Shown here: positions 51,615 through 61,708 of the stretch, piece after piece
How positions within the stretch are numbered: position 1 is the first letter of the stretch
Layout: every line of letters starts with the position of its first letter
Source: an uncultured archaeon
GTDB taxonomy: Archaea; Thermoplasmatota; Penumbrarchaeia; JASLWR01
Direction: 5' to 3'
Length of the DNA: 64,000 bases
Assembly: GCA_964430885.1 (NCBI GenBank)
Contig: CAYSHM010000014.1
Coordinates: 1 to 64,000 of the forward strand
Notes under the pieces: model-generated
Seen by the model: the letters and a program-made list of their open reading frames with translations, nothing else
Databases searched by the model: none
What the model was told of the DNA's origin: nothing
Translations under genes and position numbers: made by a program

Positions 51615-52436
51615 ATGCGAAGAAAAATCATTACATTGATGACTGATTTCGGAGATGACCATTACGTGGCCCAGATGAAGGCGGTAATCCTTTCCACCTG
51701 TCCAGAAGCTCTTATTCAGGATATCACCCACAGAATTAAAGCGCAGAATATTCGTCAAGCGGCATATATTCTACAATCTACATATAAATTGTTCAGGTCC
51801 GAATTGGTTCCCATACACTTGTGTGTTGTCGACCCCTCCGTTGGATCGAAGAGAAAGGGATTATGCATAAAAACTGGACATGGCTTTTTTATAGGTCCTG
51901 ATAACGGAGTGCTGTATCCTTCAGTTTCAGAAGATGAAAACTTTGAGGCAAGAGAAATAGATATCAGTACTCACCGAATTGATGGATATGGTGCCACGTT
52001 TGACGGAAGAGATCTTTTCGCCCCTGTAGCAGTATTTTTATTTCAAGGAAATCCATTTGAAGAAATAGGCCCAGTTGTTGATGAAATAAATTGTTTGGAT
52101 ATTGACAAATTCGAATTATTGGAAGGAAAAAAGGATATCATTATTGAATGTAAACCCTTGGATATCGATAATTTCGGTAATATCATTACCAATCTTGACA
52201 ATAATGATTTTCAGAAGATATTGGTTAAATATGGAATAAATAAAATTTATTTGATCAATGGTCCAAATGAAATCCCGCTTCAATTAAAAAAGATATACTT
52301 TGATGTACCTGTAGGTAACCTGCTGCTATGCCAGTCCTCATCAGGAAGGATTGAGATTTCTTTAAGAAATGGAAATGCATCAAAAAGATTGGATATTTCA
52401 CTTGGTGACAATATTATCTTCAAATTAACAGTATAA
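51615..52436 (+). CDS. SAM hydrolase / chlorinase-fluorinase family (DUF62)
   Basis: ITLMTDFG..YVAQMKAVI, DITH, VVDPSVGS.R, GPDNGVL, TF.GRDLFAPVA, ID.FGNIITN; AGGTG RBS before ATG 51615. Confidence 0.88.
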   Translation: MRRKIITLMTDFGDDHYVAQMKAVILSTCPEALIQDITHRIKAQNIRQAAYILQSTYKLFRSELVPIHLCVVDPSVGSKRKGLCIKTGHGFFIGPDNGVLYPSVSEDENFEAREIDISTHRIDGYGATFDGRDLFAPVAVFLFQGNPFEEIGPVVDEINCLDIDKFELLEGKKDIIIECKPLDIDNFGNIITNLDNNDFQKILVKYGINKIYLINGPNEIPLQLKKIYFDVPVGNLLLCQSSSGRIEISLRNGNASKRLDISLGDNIIFKLTV

Positions 52437-52462
52437 CAATGAAGCTGCTGGAGATATTTCAG

Positions 52463-54400
52463 TTAACTGCCCAGTTCAATTACTTCTTTGAGTTCTGTAA
52501 AAATAAGATTCTTCTTTACTTCAGTTACTCTAGCTCTTACCTTATCACCCTTTTCAGCTCCAGGTACAAATATTACATATCCTCCTTCCTTAGCAATACC
52601 ATCCCCCATCTTACCCATACTGATGATGGAGATAATTATTTCATCATCAGTTTTTGGATCGGAAATGATCTTCCTCTTACCCTCCATTTTCTTGCTGTGA
52701 ATCTCAATTACTTCCAGTACCTTTGTGAAAACAAGATTGTCTTTAATCTCTTCAACCCGTACCTTGGCAACATCCCCCATGCCCAGATCAGGAACGAAAA
52801 TCACGAAATCGCCGATCCTTGCTACCCCATCATTCTTCTTACCCACACCCACCACAGTGATTTCCAATTCCTTTCCTTCTTTAACATCATCGCTATCCAA
52901 ACCTCTTTCAGTTCCCTCTTCCAATGCTTCTGGGCAAGCAGCCCGCCTGGAGCAGTTTAAACATTTTCCCAACCTATAATGATTTCTATGTACTTGCTCC
53001 CCTGCAAGATGCCGCAAGATCTCATCAACTTTTCTTTCCAGCATCACTTCCAATTTTGCATCGTAATTTATTTTATATCGGTTTTCTTTTTTCTCACCAT
53101 ACTGTATATAACCGTACGGCGGGCGGACCCCGTAGTTATCCTCTACCAATTTTAGATAGGTCGCCAATTGCAGAACATGGGAATAATAAGGACCCTCCGG
53201 TACTTTTCCTGTTTTAACCTCCATGGGTATGTAGTATCCATCCTTCTCAATAATTAGGTCAGGCTTTCCGGATATGTTCAATCTTTTACCATATAGCGTG
53301 CTTTCCTTTTTGATGCCTAAAGAATCGATGTAATCTATCTTACCTTCATTTACGATGCCTTTATCGCTCCTTTCTTTCTTAGAATACCGAATATTCTTAA
53401 TCAGATAGAAAAGAATTAAAAATGCACCAATTAACCACACCATGGCCACAATCAATAATAAATGTCCAAGAATAGATATCTGGTCATCTATCAGGTTATC
53501 AATAGCATATTCCATTATGAATCCCCATGTGGACAAGAAAAGTGACATCACTACCAGCCAAAGGCTTCCCTTCCTGTATTCCTCCCTTCTTCTTATTAAA
53601 AGCCTTAATAATTCCGATAATGAAAGGTCTTCCAACTCTCTGTGAAAGGCCTTCATATAGATATTGTAATACTGCTTGCTAATGAAATGGACTGAGTTAA
53701 TGGCTGAATAAAAGAAGAAAAGTGCGGCTGCAGCCCATATCAAACTGGACCAGATTAGAAGTTTTATTAAAATTGTTAGATTATAATAATTGGTCAATAC
53801 CGCAAATATCCCCAAACCTGAAGCAATGATCGCCGAAGTAATTGTTTTATATTCCGCGTTCTTGAAAATGATGGCAGGTCTGGTTCTGGCACCTTGCCGG
53901 GTAAGAATGAAATAGAAGAACACCGATAAAACTAGGAAAAATACAGCCCCGAAAATAAAAAGGTGCCTTTCAACCTCCCCGGGCAATCGATCCAATGCTC
54001 CAGTGGATATGCCCAGTATTATAACAACCATGATAAACCATTTTGCTATCTCCCAAACCTCATGTGGATTCCTTTTCCACCAGGCAGCCATATCTCTTCC
54101 TGGCGCCATCTGAAGGTGTTTTTTTGTATGGCCTTCAAGATAGGCCTTTTTTATCTTCTTGATCTGTCTATCTTTGTATACTACATTTATAAAAAAACTA
54201 AAAGCCAATAGTGCCCACACTATTGAAAAAAGGTTCAGATAAAAAATGATTATTGGAAAATAGCTCTCAGCTCTTGAAAAGTATAACAGGACGCCGAACA
54301 CACTGAGCATTATAACAACAATGGAAAACATAATCAACAGGAACTCATATCTTTTTGATTGCTGGTCCATTAAAAATATCTTTCTTGCTGATTTGGCCAA
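52463..54400 (-). CDS. Fusion of ~8 TM helices, Cas4-like PD-(D/E)XK nuclease and two TRAM domains; start may be ATG 54370
   Basis: ISGKPDLII, PMEVKT, QLATY, HRNH...KCLNCSRRAAC; two copies of G...DG.A.....VIFVP....GD....RV.E.K.NL.F. Confidence 0.82.
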   Translation of the reverse strand: MAKSARKIFLMDQQSKRYEFLLIMFSIVVIMLSVFGVLLYFSRAESYFPIIIFYLNLFSIVWALLAFSFFINVVYKDRQIKKIKKAYLEGHTKKHLQMAPGRDMAAWWKRNPHEVWEIAKWFIMVVIILGISTGALDRLPGEVERHLFIFGAVFFLVLSVFFYFILTRQGARTRPAIIFKNAEYKTITSAIIASGLGIFAVLTNYYNLTILIKLLIWSSLIWAAAALFFFYSAINSVHFISKQYYNIYMKAFHRELEDLSLSELLRLLIRRREEYRKGSLWLVVMSLFLSTWGFIMEYAIDNLIDDQISILGHLLLIVAMVWLIGAFLILFYLIKNIRYSKKERSDKGIVNEGKIDYIDSLGIKKESTLYGKRLNISGKPDLIIEKDGYYIPMEVKTGKVPEGPYYSHVLQLATYLKLVEDNYGVRPPYGYIQYGEKKENRYKINYDAKLEVMLERKVDEILRHLAGEQVHRNHYRLGKCLNCSRRAACPEALEEGTERGLDSDDVKEGKELEITVVGVGKKNDGVARIGDFVIFVPDLGMGDVAKVRVEEIKDNLVFTKVLEVIEIHSKKMEGKRKIISDPKTDDEIIISIISMGKMGDGIAKEGGYVIFVPGAEKGDKVRARVTEVKKNLIFTELKEVIELGS

Positions 54401-54414
54401 TTTCTTATGTGCTT

Positions 54415-54744
54415 TTATGCCTTCCTTTGCTTGGACCGTCTCCGCGTCCTCACCATGTAATTGAAGCCACCAGCTAAAGGGACAAAAACCAAAACGCTCA
54501 AGGTCGCTTGCAGAAATTCTCTGCTTGGATGACCTATTGGAATGGGACGATTTATTGTTAGGGGTGCTTCTTGACCTGCCGTTCTTTTTATTAGCCCCCT
54601 TCGTCCGTACACCTGGTCTCTTATCGATGTTAAAATCCCCCGAGAATCATCCTCTGGTATTGCTTGTGTCTTTCCGAAATTCAATAAAACTAATCTATAA
54701 TTACCAATATATTTAATATCTTTTAAAAAATAATATCCTACCAT
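54415..54744 (-). other. Possible small membrane protein, or C-terminal remnant of an anchored protein
   Basis: ORF ends in hydrophobic LQATLSVLVFVPLAGGFNYMV plus basic tail RTRRRSKQRKA; AT-rich N-terminal part is unconvincing. Confidence 0.3.
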
Positions 54745-54955
54745 TATTAAAGGCTACTTAAAAAATGAAATGAATTTGGACCTCCCCCTTAATAATAAAA
54801 AGGCCTCAGGGCAGATTGTTCCATATGTGCCTCAAATATCCTCGCTAACTTTAATAATTAATTAAAAAAACTAACGCTGTTCAATATTAATTTGAAAGAA
54901 TAATAAGTATCTGCAAAAGACTCCAAATAAAAACCATTTGTCGATTCATTTAGCT

Positions 54956-55546
54956 TTACTTGCCCTTTTTATCATGGGCTCTTAGAGACGGTCTTAATTT
55001 CTCCGCTCCAATTCCTTTATGCCTTAATCCTCTACCTTTCTTACCTGCAGATGTAAGTCCTCGAAGAGCTCTGTTCTTATGTTTCCCAGTCGAAATCCAA
55101 TTCAGATCCTTATCGGCTTTTACGGAGGGGTGGTGAGGATCTACGAGAATAATTTCAAAATATTTGTGCCTTCCATCAGCACCGACAAAATAGGAATTGA
55201 GAACCTCCATGTTTGGAAACTTCTTACTAGTTCTTTCCTCGGCCATTCTTTTAAGGCTCTTGGCCATGGTGATTTTCTTTATACCCTTCCTCTTTGGCTT
55301 TCGGCCGGCCCTTATTCGATGTTTCTTCAGGCTACCTCTTCTGATCCTGGTACGTGCTATAACAACACCTTGTTTTGCCTTATAACCCAAAGCTCTTGCA
55401 CGATCCAACCTAGTAGGATGATCTACCTTCTGTATACTGTTCTCCCTTCTCCATCTGACCATCCTTTCCTTTTGATTGGCCTTGAAATCTTCGTTTTTCG
55501 GGTCGTTCCACTGTTTTCCTATATATTTATACATACTCTTGGACAT
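54956..55546 (-). CDS. rpl15e: 50S ribosomal protein L15e (eL15)
   Basis: SMYKYI, PTRLDRARALGYKAKQG, AEER...KFPNMEVLNSY, RGLTSAGKKGRGL. Confidence 0.97.
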   Translation of the reverse strand: MSKSMYKYIGKQWNDPKNEDFKANQKERMVRWRRENSIQKVDHPTRLDRARALGYKAKQGVVIARTRIRRGSLKKHRIRAGRKPKRKGIKKITMAKSLKRMAEERTSKKFPNMEVLNSYFVGADGRHKYFEIILVDPHHPSVKADKDLNWISTGKHKNRALRGLTSAGKKGRGLRHKGIGAEKLRPSLRAHDKKGK

Positions 55547-55559
55547 TTCATCACCCTTT

Positions 55560-55587
55560 GGGATTCACCTAATAAGGCACATTTCCC
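55560..55587 (-). promoter_or_regulatory. Putative eL15 ribosomal-protein leader RNA
   Basis: Minus strand GGGA-AAUGU-GCCU-UAUU-AGGU-GAA-UCCC: outer stem, asymmetric internal loop and inner stem, 3 nt before the GGGUGA RBS of rpl15e. Confidence 0.6.
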
Positions 55588-55954
55588 GTTCATTATCAAA
55601 GAAATAATAATATTAGTCAATATTGACAAACAATAATTATTTCCCGCCCAGTATTGATATGATACTTATTAAGCTTATTGTATGAAATAACAATACATGT
55701 CACTTAATTTTATTAAAAATGTAAGTAATATTGAAGTCAGTAGCCAGGATGATCTCGAATTTCTGCTGAATTGATGGTGATTATTTCAATTCCTGCAACA
55801 TTTTTATATCCGCAAAGATTCACATATCAAATGGTCATTTACGGATATATGTTCGCCAATGGTCAATGAAGTAATGGATTTGAACTCTTCAACATGTAGA
55901 TAAATTGGGAAATATTTGACCAAAATTATTTATTACTATAATGATTATCGATAA

Positions 55955-57286
55955 ATGATTCTGGAGAGGATCGATTCGAATATCAATATATGGGTCAGAC
56001 GGTTGATTCCGATGATAGGTGAAAGAGAAAAACGCAATATCTATAAAGGAATGGTTTCCCACTTTATGAGCAATGATGAATACTTCAGAGATGTAAAGAT
56101 CAAAAAGGCCATTTCAGAAATGCTAATCCGTCTTCGGGATCTGCTCAATATCGATTATAATGAGCATTGTGAGATTTCCAAGGAAGTGATTATGGAGAAA
56201 CAAAATACTGAATATATGCCTCCAACAGTCGATATGAAGAATATAAAGAAACCAACCAATAAATATCAATTTGAAGAAAAGACCAGAAATAGAAAATTCG
56301 AAGATGAAATAGGTGCCGACCTTCCAACGGAACCTCCAATTTCCAAAGGAAAGGACTTTGGGAAAAAGGTATTGTTAAATAATGTGTCAATATTGGGGGT
56401 TGGCAATGCGGGTTTGAATATTCTGAGTGAATTATTTGATAGATATGATAATGAATCAGACGATCTCAATCTTATTGGTTTGGATACCTGTTTAGACGAT
56501 ATTCGTCAATGCATTATTCCAAATAAAAAGTATATTGGAGCAGGAGTTACTGGAAAGGAAGGAGCCGAAAGAAATAGAATGCTGGGAAAAAAGGCTGGGA
56601 AAAAATATCTTGAAAAGCTGGAACCAGTGATTAAAAAAACTGATGCTGTGATTGTGACATTTGGATTAGGTGGGGGAACAGGTACAGGAGCGGGTGTTGA
56701 ATTGATCAAAGGCATCAAGAGATTTAATAAAATGGTCATAGCTATTGTAACCTTGCCATTTAAGGAAGAGGGAGTTATTAAAAAAGAAAACTCCATCGCC
56801 GGATTAAATAAAATGAATGACTATGCCGATAAGGTAATCATCCTGCCAAATGACTATCTTACTTCACTGGACCCTGAATTACCTTTGATAAAGGGATTCC
56901 AGATAATGGACAAGATCATGGCGCATGCGATTTTCAGAACTCATTCTTTATTACTCAACCACTCAGAAATGAGCACACCATTCTTCAACGGAAAGGACAT
57001 TTTAAGTGTCACTTTCGGAAGAGAAGTGGATGTGCTTCGCTGTTGGAATTCCACAAAAGAAGACTTTTTCGATTTTTTCAACAAAGAGAAAATTAAAGAA
57101 GTATTGGTGTTCACCTCCACCACTACTAATATTAGTGAAGGAGAAAAGAGGGATTACAAGAACGAAGTTCATAACACATTCGATTCTGCAGATTCCATCA
57201 CCTTTGTCGAGGAAATCCATCCTGATTTAGATACACCTATAGAAATGACTGTTCTATTCGGCCCGTATAATGCCAATCTAAGATAA
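55955..57286 (+). CDS. Divergent FtsZ/tubulin-family protein with ~140-aa N-terminal extension and degenerate T7 loop
   Basis: ILGVGNAG, GLGGGTGTGAG (tubulin signature), IVTLPFKEEG, ILPND.L; no NxDxxD. Confidence 0.82.
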   Translation: MILERIDSNINIWVRRLIPMIGEREKRNIYKGMVSHFMSNDEYFRDVKIKKAISEMLIRLRDLLNIDYNEHCEISKEVIMEKQNTEYMPPTVDMKNIKKPTNKYQFEEKTRNRKFEDEIGADLPTEPPISKGKDFGKKVLLNNVSILGVGNAGLNILSELFDRYDNESDDLNLIGLDTCLDDIRQCIIPNKKYIGAGVTGKEGAERNRMLGKKAGKKYLEKLEPVIKKTDAVIVTFGLGGGTGTGAGVELIKGIKRFNKMVIAIVTLPFKEEGVIKKENSIAGLNKMNDYADKVIILPNDYLTSLDPELPLIKGFQIMDKIMAHAIFRTHSLLLNHSEMSTPFFNGKDILSVTFGREVDVLRCWNSTKEDFFDFFNKEKIKEVLVFTSTTTNISEGEKRDYKNEVHNTFDSADSITFVEEIHPDLDTPIEMTVLFGPYNANLR

Positions 57287-57292
57287 TCAAAC

Positions 57293-58294
57293 CTATCTTA
57301 TGGATATTCTTTTACTACAGGAAGGACATTTTTTTTGAACAAGCTTATTCTTCTCCATCCCCATATAGCTGCGCTTGATCACTATTTTCCCGCAGTCGGG
57401 ACATCGGGTATCCCTGCCAGTTCTTGAAAGTACATTTCCTAGGTAAATGTAATTATGTCCGATCCTCTCAGCCAATGAGTATATTTTCTTCAATTTTGAT
57501 TTAGAGGTTCTGGACCGATCCCGCATCTTGTAATCGGGATGGAAGGCACTGAAGTGAAGAGGAATGTCCGGACCTAGTTTTGATTTAACCCAAATCAGAT
57601 AATCTTCAATTTCAGATAGATCATCATTGACCCCTGGGATCACAAGATAAGTCAATTCGATATGAATGCCCAGTGCCTTGGCGGTAATGCAGGTGGATAA
57701 TACTGGATCAAGGGAACCACCGGCAATTTTCCTATAGAAATCATTATTAAAGGACTTAACATCGATGTTCATAGCATCCAAATATGGTGCTATTTTTCTA
57801 AGGGGGGCTTCATCAATAAATCCATTGGTCACATAAAGGGTTCTCAGATCCTTCATTTTTGCTAATTTAGACGTTCGATAAGTGAACTCATACCATATTG
57901 TTGGCTCATTATAGGTCCAAGCTATGGATTGACAATCAGTTCTTCTTGCCAAAGAAACTACTTCTTCAGGTTTTATCTCCCTCAAACTGAATGATTCAAA
58001 ATCCGCCTGGGATATTGATGAATTTTGACAGAAATCACATTTGAAATTACATCCTATTGTACCCAAAGATAAGGCGCCAGTTCCCGGTAAGAAATGGTAT
58101 AAGGGTTTTTTTTCAATAGGGTCTACATTTATTGATGATGCTTTTCCATAGATCAGAGAAAACAAATCTCCCCCAATGTTTTTCCTCACTCCGCATACCC
58201 CTTTTTTATTTTGACCAATAATGCATTTATGGGGGCATAGTAAACACCTTAGTCGATTCTCCTCTTTCTTCTCATAGAACATAGCCTTATCCAA
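57293..58294 (-). CDS. amrS: AmmeMemoRadiSam system radical SAM enzyme
   Basis: CLLCPHKC...CGVR, DPIEKKPLYHF.PG, GCNFKCDFCQN, WTYNEP, HFSAFHP.Y, T.CP.CG. Confidence 0.9.
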   Translation of the reverse strand: MDKAMFYEKKEENRLRCLLCPHKCIIGQNKKGVCGVRKNIGGDLFSLIYGKASSINVDPIEKKPLYHFLPGTGALSLGTIGCNFKCDFCQNSSISQADFESFSLREIKPEEVVSLARRTDCQSIAWTYNEPTIWYEFTYRTSKLAKMKDLRTLYVTNGFIDEAPLRKIAPYLDAMNIDVKSFNNDFYRKIAGGSLDPVLSTCITAKALGIHIELTYLVIPGVNDDLSEIEDYLIWVKSKLGPDIPLHFSAFHPDYKMRDRSRTSKSKLKKIYSLAERIGHNYIYLGNVLSRTGRDTRCPDCGKIVIKRSYMGMEKNKLVQKKCPSCSKRISIR

Positions 58295-58315
58295 TAAAAC
58301 ACCTCTGGTGATTAT

Positions 58316-58804
58316 TTACTTTCCAATTTTATGGATCTTATATTCCTTTAATATGCATTTGTTCATTACCACTTTAAGGTTATCCGCCACTGCAAGATCT
58401 GCGGCTTCATTATTTATTACCCCCTCCTGCATCCACACATATTTTACGCCTGTTTTCTCCAATATATCCTGTACTATACCTATCACTGCACTCGATTTTC
58501 TAAAAATGTTAACCATATCTACCGATTCGGGAATATCTCTAACATTCGGATAGCTTTTTTCCCCAAAAATCTCATCATACACCGGATTGACAGGGATGAC
58601 CCTATAACCCTTTTCAATTAAAAAGGATGCAACTGAATATGCATCCCTATGAGGGTTTGGGGATAGACCAACCATTGCGATGACCTTGGTGTCTTTCAAG
58701 ATACGGATTATTTCCTCATCCCTCTGGAAATAACGCGGCATTTCACACACGAAATCTGCATTATTATCACCATTCTTGTTTTCTTTTGAACCCACTAACA
58801 TCAC
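58316..58804 (-). CDS. CoA-binding protein (YccU-like)
   Basis: IAMVGLS..P.R, GY.VIPVNP, VDMVNIFR, VWMQEG, VVMNKC. Confidence 0.88.
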   Translation of the reverse strand: MMLVGSKENKNGDNNADFVCEMPRYFQRDEEIIRILKDTKVIAMVGLSPNPHRDAYSVASFLIEKGYRVIPVNPVYDEIFGEKSYPNVRDIPESVDMVNIFRKSSAVIGIVQDILEKTGVKYVWMQEGVINNEAADLAVADNLKVVMNKCILKEYKIHKIGK

Positions 58805-58973
58805 CTAAGAAGATATTATTTTACTTGTATTTATATTCAAGGATATCAGACTATACTTGAAAAATACTGTATCTTTAAACGGATCGAATAATTTGATTAT
58901 TTCTAATAATCTGAGGATAGATGATTAAAAATAACAATAGCTATTTGGTAATGTTAAACACGGGTGCACCCTT

Positions 58974-60944
58974 ATGAAAATAAATATAATCACGGTTTTG
59001 GTGATGGTTTCTTTTTTAATAACAACATTTACTGTACCATATACCAACCATTTCAAGACCTTGAATAATTCGATTCAAGGGGATTCCATGGTTGGTGATA
59101 GTCAAATTGATCTATCCGAATTTCGAACAGCAATCACAAAGGGCACTTTGAAACGCTCTCAAGGAAATTCCTCAATTTCATTGGAACTTAAGGATGGAAT
59201 AACAGAAAAACCCATTAATAATGGACATCTGGTACTATATGGAGGAAACCCATTCTGTTTCTATTCAGAAGATATCGGTACTGATGGGACTTACTCCGCA
59301 AGTTTAAACCCTGGCCATTATTTCCTATCTGTCGAAGTAATGGAAGACCAATACCTTAGCAAAGATGAACTCCATACATTCACTTCTGAACATCCCGGAG
59401 CCTGGATTAGAACCGAAAGAATCGGAGATACATACAGAGTGTCAACCCATTATTTTCCATATTCCAATGAATTCAACATTCTCAGCAAACAGCATCTGGA
59501 CTTGGAAATTATTTTAGAATTACGCCTAAAGGACATTTCCGTGCTTCAGGGATTCATAAGAGATGGTGAATCCAATAAACCTATTCCTTACATCCCTGTT
59601 AGAACGACCACTCTGACATCCGATTACATCATATTTAATGAAACTTATTCTGATGAAACTGGCCATTATATCATCAGCGTACCAAAAGGAGAAACTCATA
59701 TAATATCTGGTGAAAAAGGTTCTGCTTTCTATGGGGGTGGTTATAGTCTGGAACAGCTGAACTCTTCCAATTTTAACTATTTTCCTTCCAAGGATATGCA
59801 GCAAATAGAAACACCGGGAAACATTAATATCAATCTTCAAAATGACAAAATCTCTGAGAACGACATGGGAATTTTGGAAATAGAATTGCTGAATCAACAT
59901 CCCGATGATATGGAGGAAATATGTATATTCATTTTCGACACATGTAGAGGAATATTCTATTTGAAAGAGATAAAAAACAAGGAAATGGTGAAGAATAAAA
60001 TCTATCTAAACTCGGCTCTGCCAAAGGGGAATTACACCGTCTTTGGGGTAGGATATCAAAACGGTTCTTATGGAAAGCCAACGGAGATCAGTCGCTTCGA
60101 ATTAATCAAGAACCAAACTCATTTTGCTGAATTGAAAATATCTGGAGAAATTGTTCAGGACATGGGACATGTGGCTCTAACGTTCACCAAGGGGGGCGGA
60201 TTTCAAATCAATAATAGTATTAATATTGAAAGGAATCCAATAATTTTCAGGTCCATTTTGGAGAGCTTCCTAGGTGATGGAAATTTTCATGTATCAGTCT
60301 CGGAAAAGAAAAGAATTGAGAAGTACTTAACGGCAATCGGGATTTCCATGATAAAACCACTAATTCAATCTGGTATGGAATACCATTACCTTTATACTCA
60401 GAGCAACACTGCGGAATTTCATGAATCATTCAAGGGAGATATCGATAATCAGGAGATAATCTTGGAAAATACGTTCATTTCTTTGCCAAATTATGATCCA
60501 TTGGATCTTATTGACAAGCAATTTTCATTTGATTTCAAAACTATCATACCTTTGAGCTTGACTTTAGAAATTGAACTCCCTAACGAATTCACTTATGAAC
60601 TCATTGATCAAAATAATGAAAAAAATATCACCATCATGACATCATCACTATGGAATAAAGGACTATCTGCAGATTTCAGAGAAAAATTTGAATATTTCGG
60701 AATTAAGAACCTCGAAGATAATGAGAATGATCGGGGCCGGTTAATATTTCAAAAATATGTTATGCCTGAAAAGGGTTTCATGGACGGAGAAACGATAATA
60801 ATTAATATTACTGGAGATGATGACAATGAGGGATGGAAGACCGAATCAAATGATGATTACAAAATTTATTTCCTTTCTGTGGGAATCATAATCCTACTTG
60901 CTGGAATAATTCTTGCTCCCAAATTATTCTCCAAGAAAAAATAA
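58974..60944 (+). CDS. Secreted/surface protein with carboxypeptidase-regulatory-like beta-sandwich domains and C-terminal TM anchor
   Basis: Signal peptide; LKDGITEKPI...DGTY...L.PG.Y and G.IRDGESNKPI...SDETGHY; C-terminal IYFLSVGIIILLAGIIL...KKK. Confidence 0.7.
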   Translation: MKINIITVLVMVSFLITTFTVPYTNHFKTLNNSIQGDSMVGDSQIDLSEFRTAITKGTLKRSQGNSSISLELKDGITEKPINNGHLVLYGGNPFCFYSEDIGTDGTYSASLNPGHYFLSVEVMEDQYLSKDELHTFTSEHPGAWIRTERIGDTYRVSTHYFPYSNEFNILSKQHLDLEIILELRLKDISVLQGFIRDGESNKPIPYIPVRTTTLTSDYIIFNETYSDETGHYIISVPKGETHIISGEKGSAFYGGGYSLEQLNSSNFNYFPSKDMQQIETPGNININLQNDKISENDMGILEIELLNQHPDDMEEICIFIFDTCRGIFYLKEIKNKEMVKNKIYLNSALPKGNYTVFGVGYQNGSYGKPTEISRFELIKNQTHFAELKISGEIVQDMGHVALTFTKGGGFQINNSINIERNPIIFRSILESFLGDGNFHVSVSEKKRIEKYLTAIGISMIKPLIQSGMEYHYLYTQSNTAEFHESFKGDIDNQEIILENTFISLPNYDPLDLIDKQFSFDFKTIIPLSLTLEIELPNEFTYELIDQNNEKNITIMTSSLWNKGLSADFREKFEYFGIKNLEDNENDRGRLIFQKYVMPEKGFMDGETIIINITGDDDNEGWKTESNDDYKIYFLSVGIIILLAGIILAPKLFSKKK

Positions 60945-60963
60945 TCTATTCGAGGATAAAAAA

Positions 60964-61632
60964 ATGTGTTCTAATAGAAAGGTAATCTTGTTTGATCTGG
61001 ATGGGACAATAATATATTCCAAGGATGCTATTTTTGAAGCTATTAATTATCCCTTAAAAAAAAGAGGCCATAAGGAGTTTACCGAAAGAGAATTGGTCCA
61101 AAACATCCGCATACCGCTTAAGGAAAAGTATAGGAATAAAACTTCTGAGGATCCGGAGAAATTCTTTTCAGATTTCAAAAACCACTATCTGAAAATTTAC
61201 AAAAACTCGACCTATATTTTCCCGGGGATGAGGGAACTTCTTGAGGAGGTCAGTAACTCAAATATCGATTGCGCCATTGTATCCCTGAAAACGGATATGG
61301 AGGTGGAAGAAGTGTTGAAAGGAATGTCAATAAGTTTATTTTTTAGAGGAATATTCGGAAGCGAGAACGAAGAATACAAACCTAAACCGTCACCTGAACA
61401 TATCAATTACGCGATTGGTAGAATGGGCGGGTCCAAAAAAGATTGTATTGTTATCGGAGATATGAAAGGTGATATTGTTAGTGCAAAAAAGGCAGGATGC
61501 CCTGCAATAGGTGTGAGCTGGAGTCTCAGATCAAGAGACGAATTGTTGAGTTACGGAGCCGATGATGTAGCTGACACTCCGGAAGACCTGAGAGGAATAT
61601 TGATCAAAAGAGGATTTCTAAAAATCCAATAG
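60964..61632 (+). CDS. HAD-family hydrolase (phosphoglycolate phosphatase-like)
   Basis: LFDLDGT, AIVS, KPKPSP, IGD...DI..AK.AG. Confidence 0.88.
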   Translation: MCSNRKVILFDLDGTIIYSKDAIFEAINYPLKKRGHKEFTERELVQNIRIPLKEKYRNKTSEDPEKFFSDFKNHYLKIYKNSTYIFPGMRELLEEVSNSNIDCAIVSLKTDMEVEEVLKGMSISLFFRGIFGSENEEYKPKPSPEHINYAIGRMGGSKKDCIVIGDMKGDIVSAKKAGCPAIGVSWSLRSRDELLSYGADDVADTPEDLRGILIKRGFLKIQ

Positions 61633-61708
61633 GTAATAATAAGGTTCATTACTTCACATGACTTACCTTGATTTCCTACCCAAAATAAATCAAAATGGAG
61701 ATATATTC

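Noticed and set aside
52463-54400. CRISPR-Cas locus suggested by the Cas4-like domain
   Set aside because: No cas1, cas2 or effector genes and no repeat-spacer array seen anywhere in the window
54555-54585. SRP RNA helix-8-like string (minus strand GGCAGGTCAAGAAGCACC) or RNase P RNA near rpl15e
   Set aside because: GNRA tetraloop and flanking pairs are missing, and RNase P conserved GAGGAAAGUCC and terminal elements were not found
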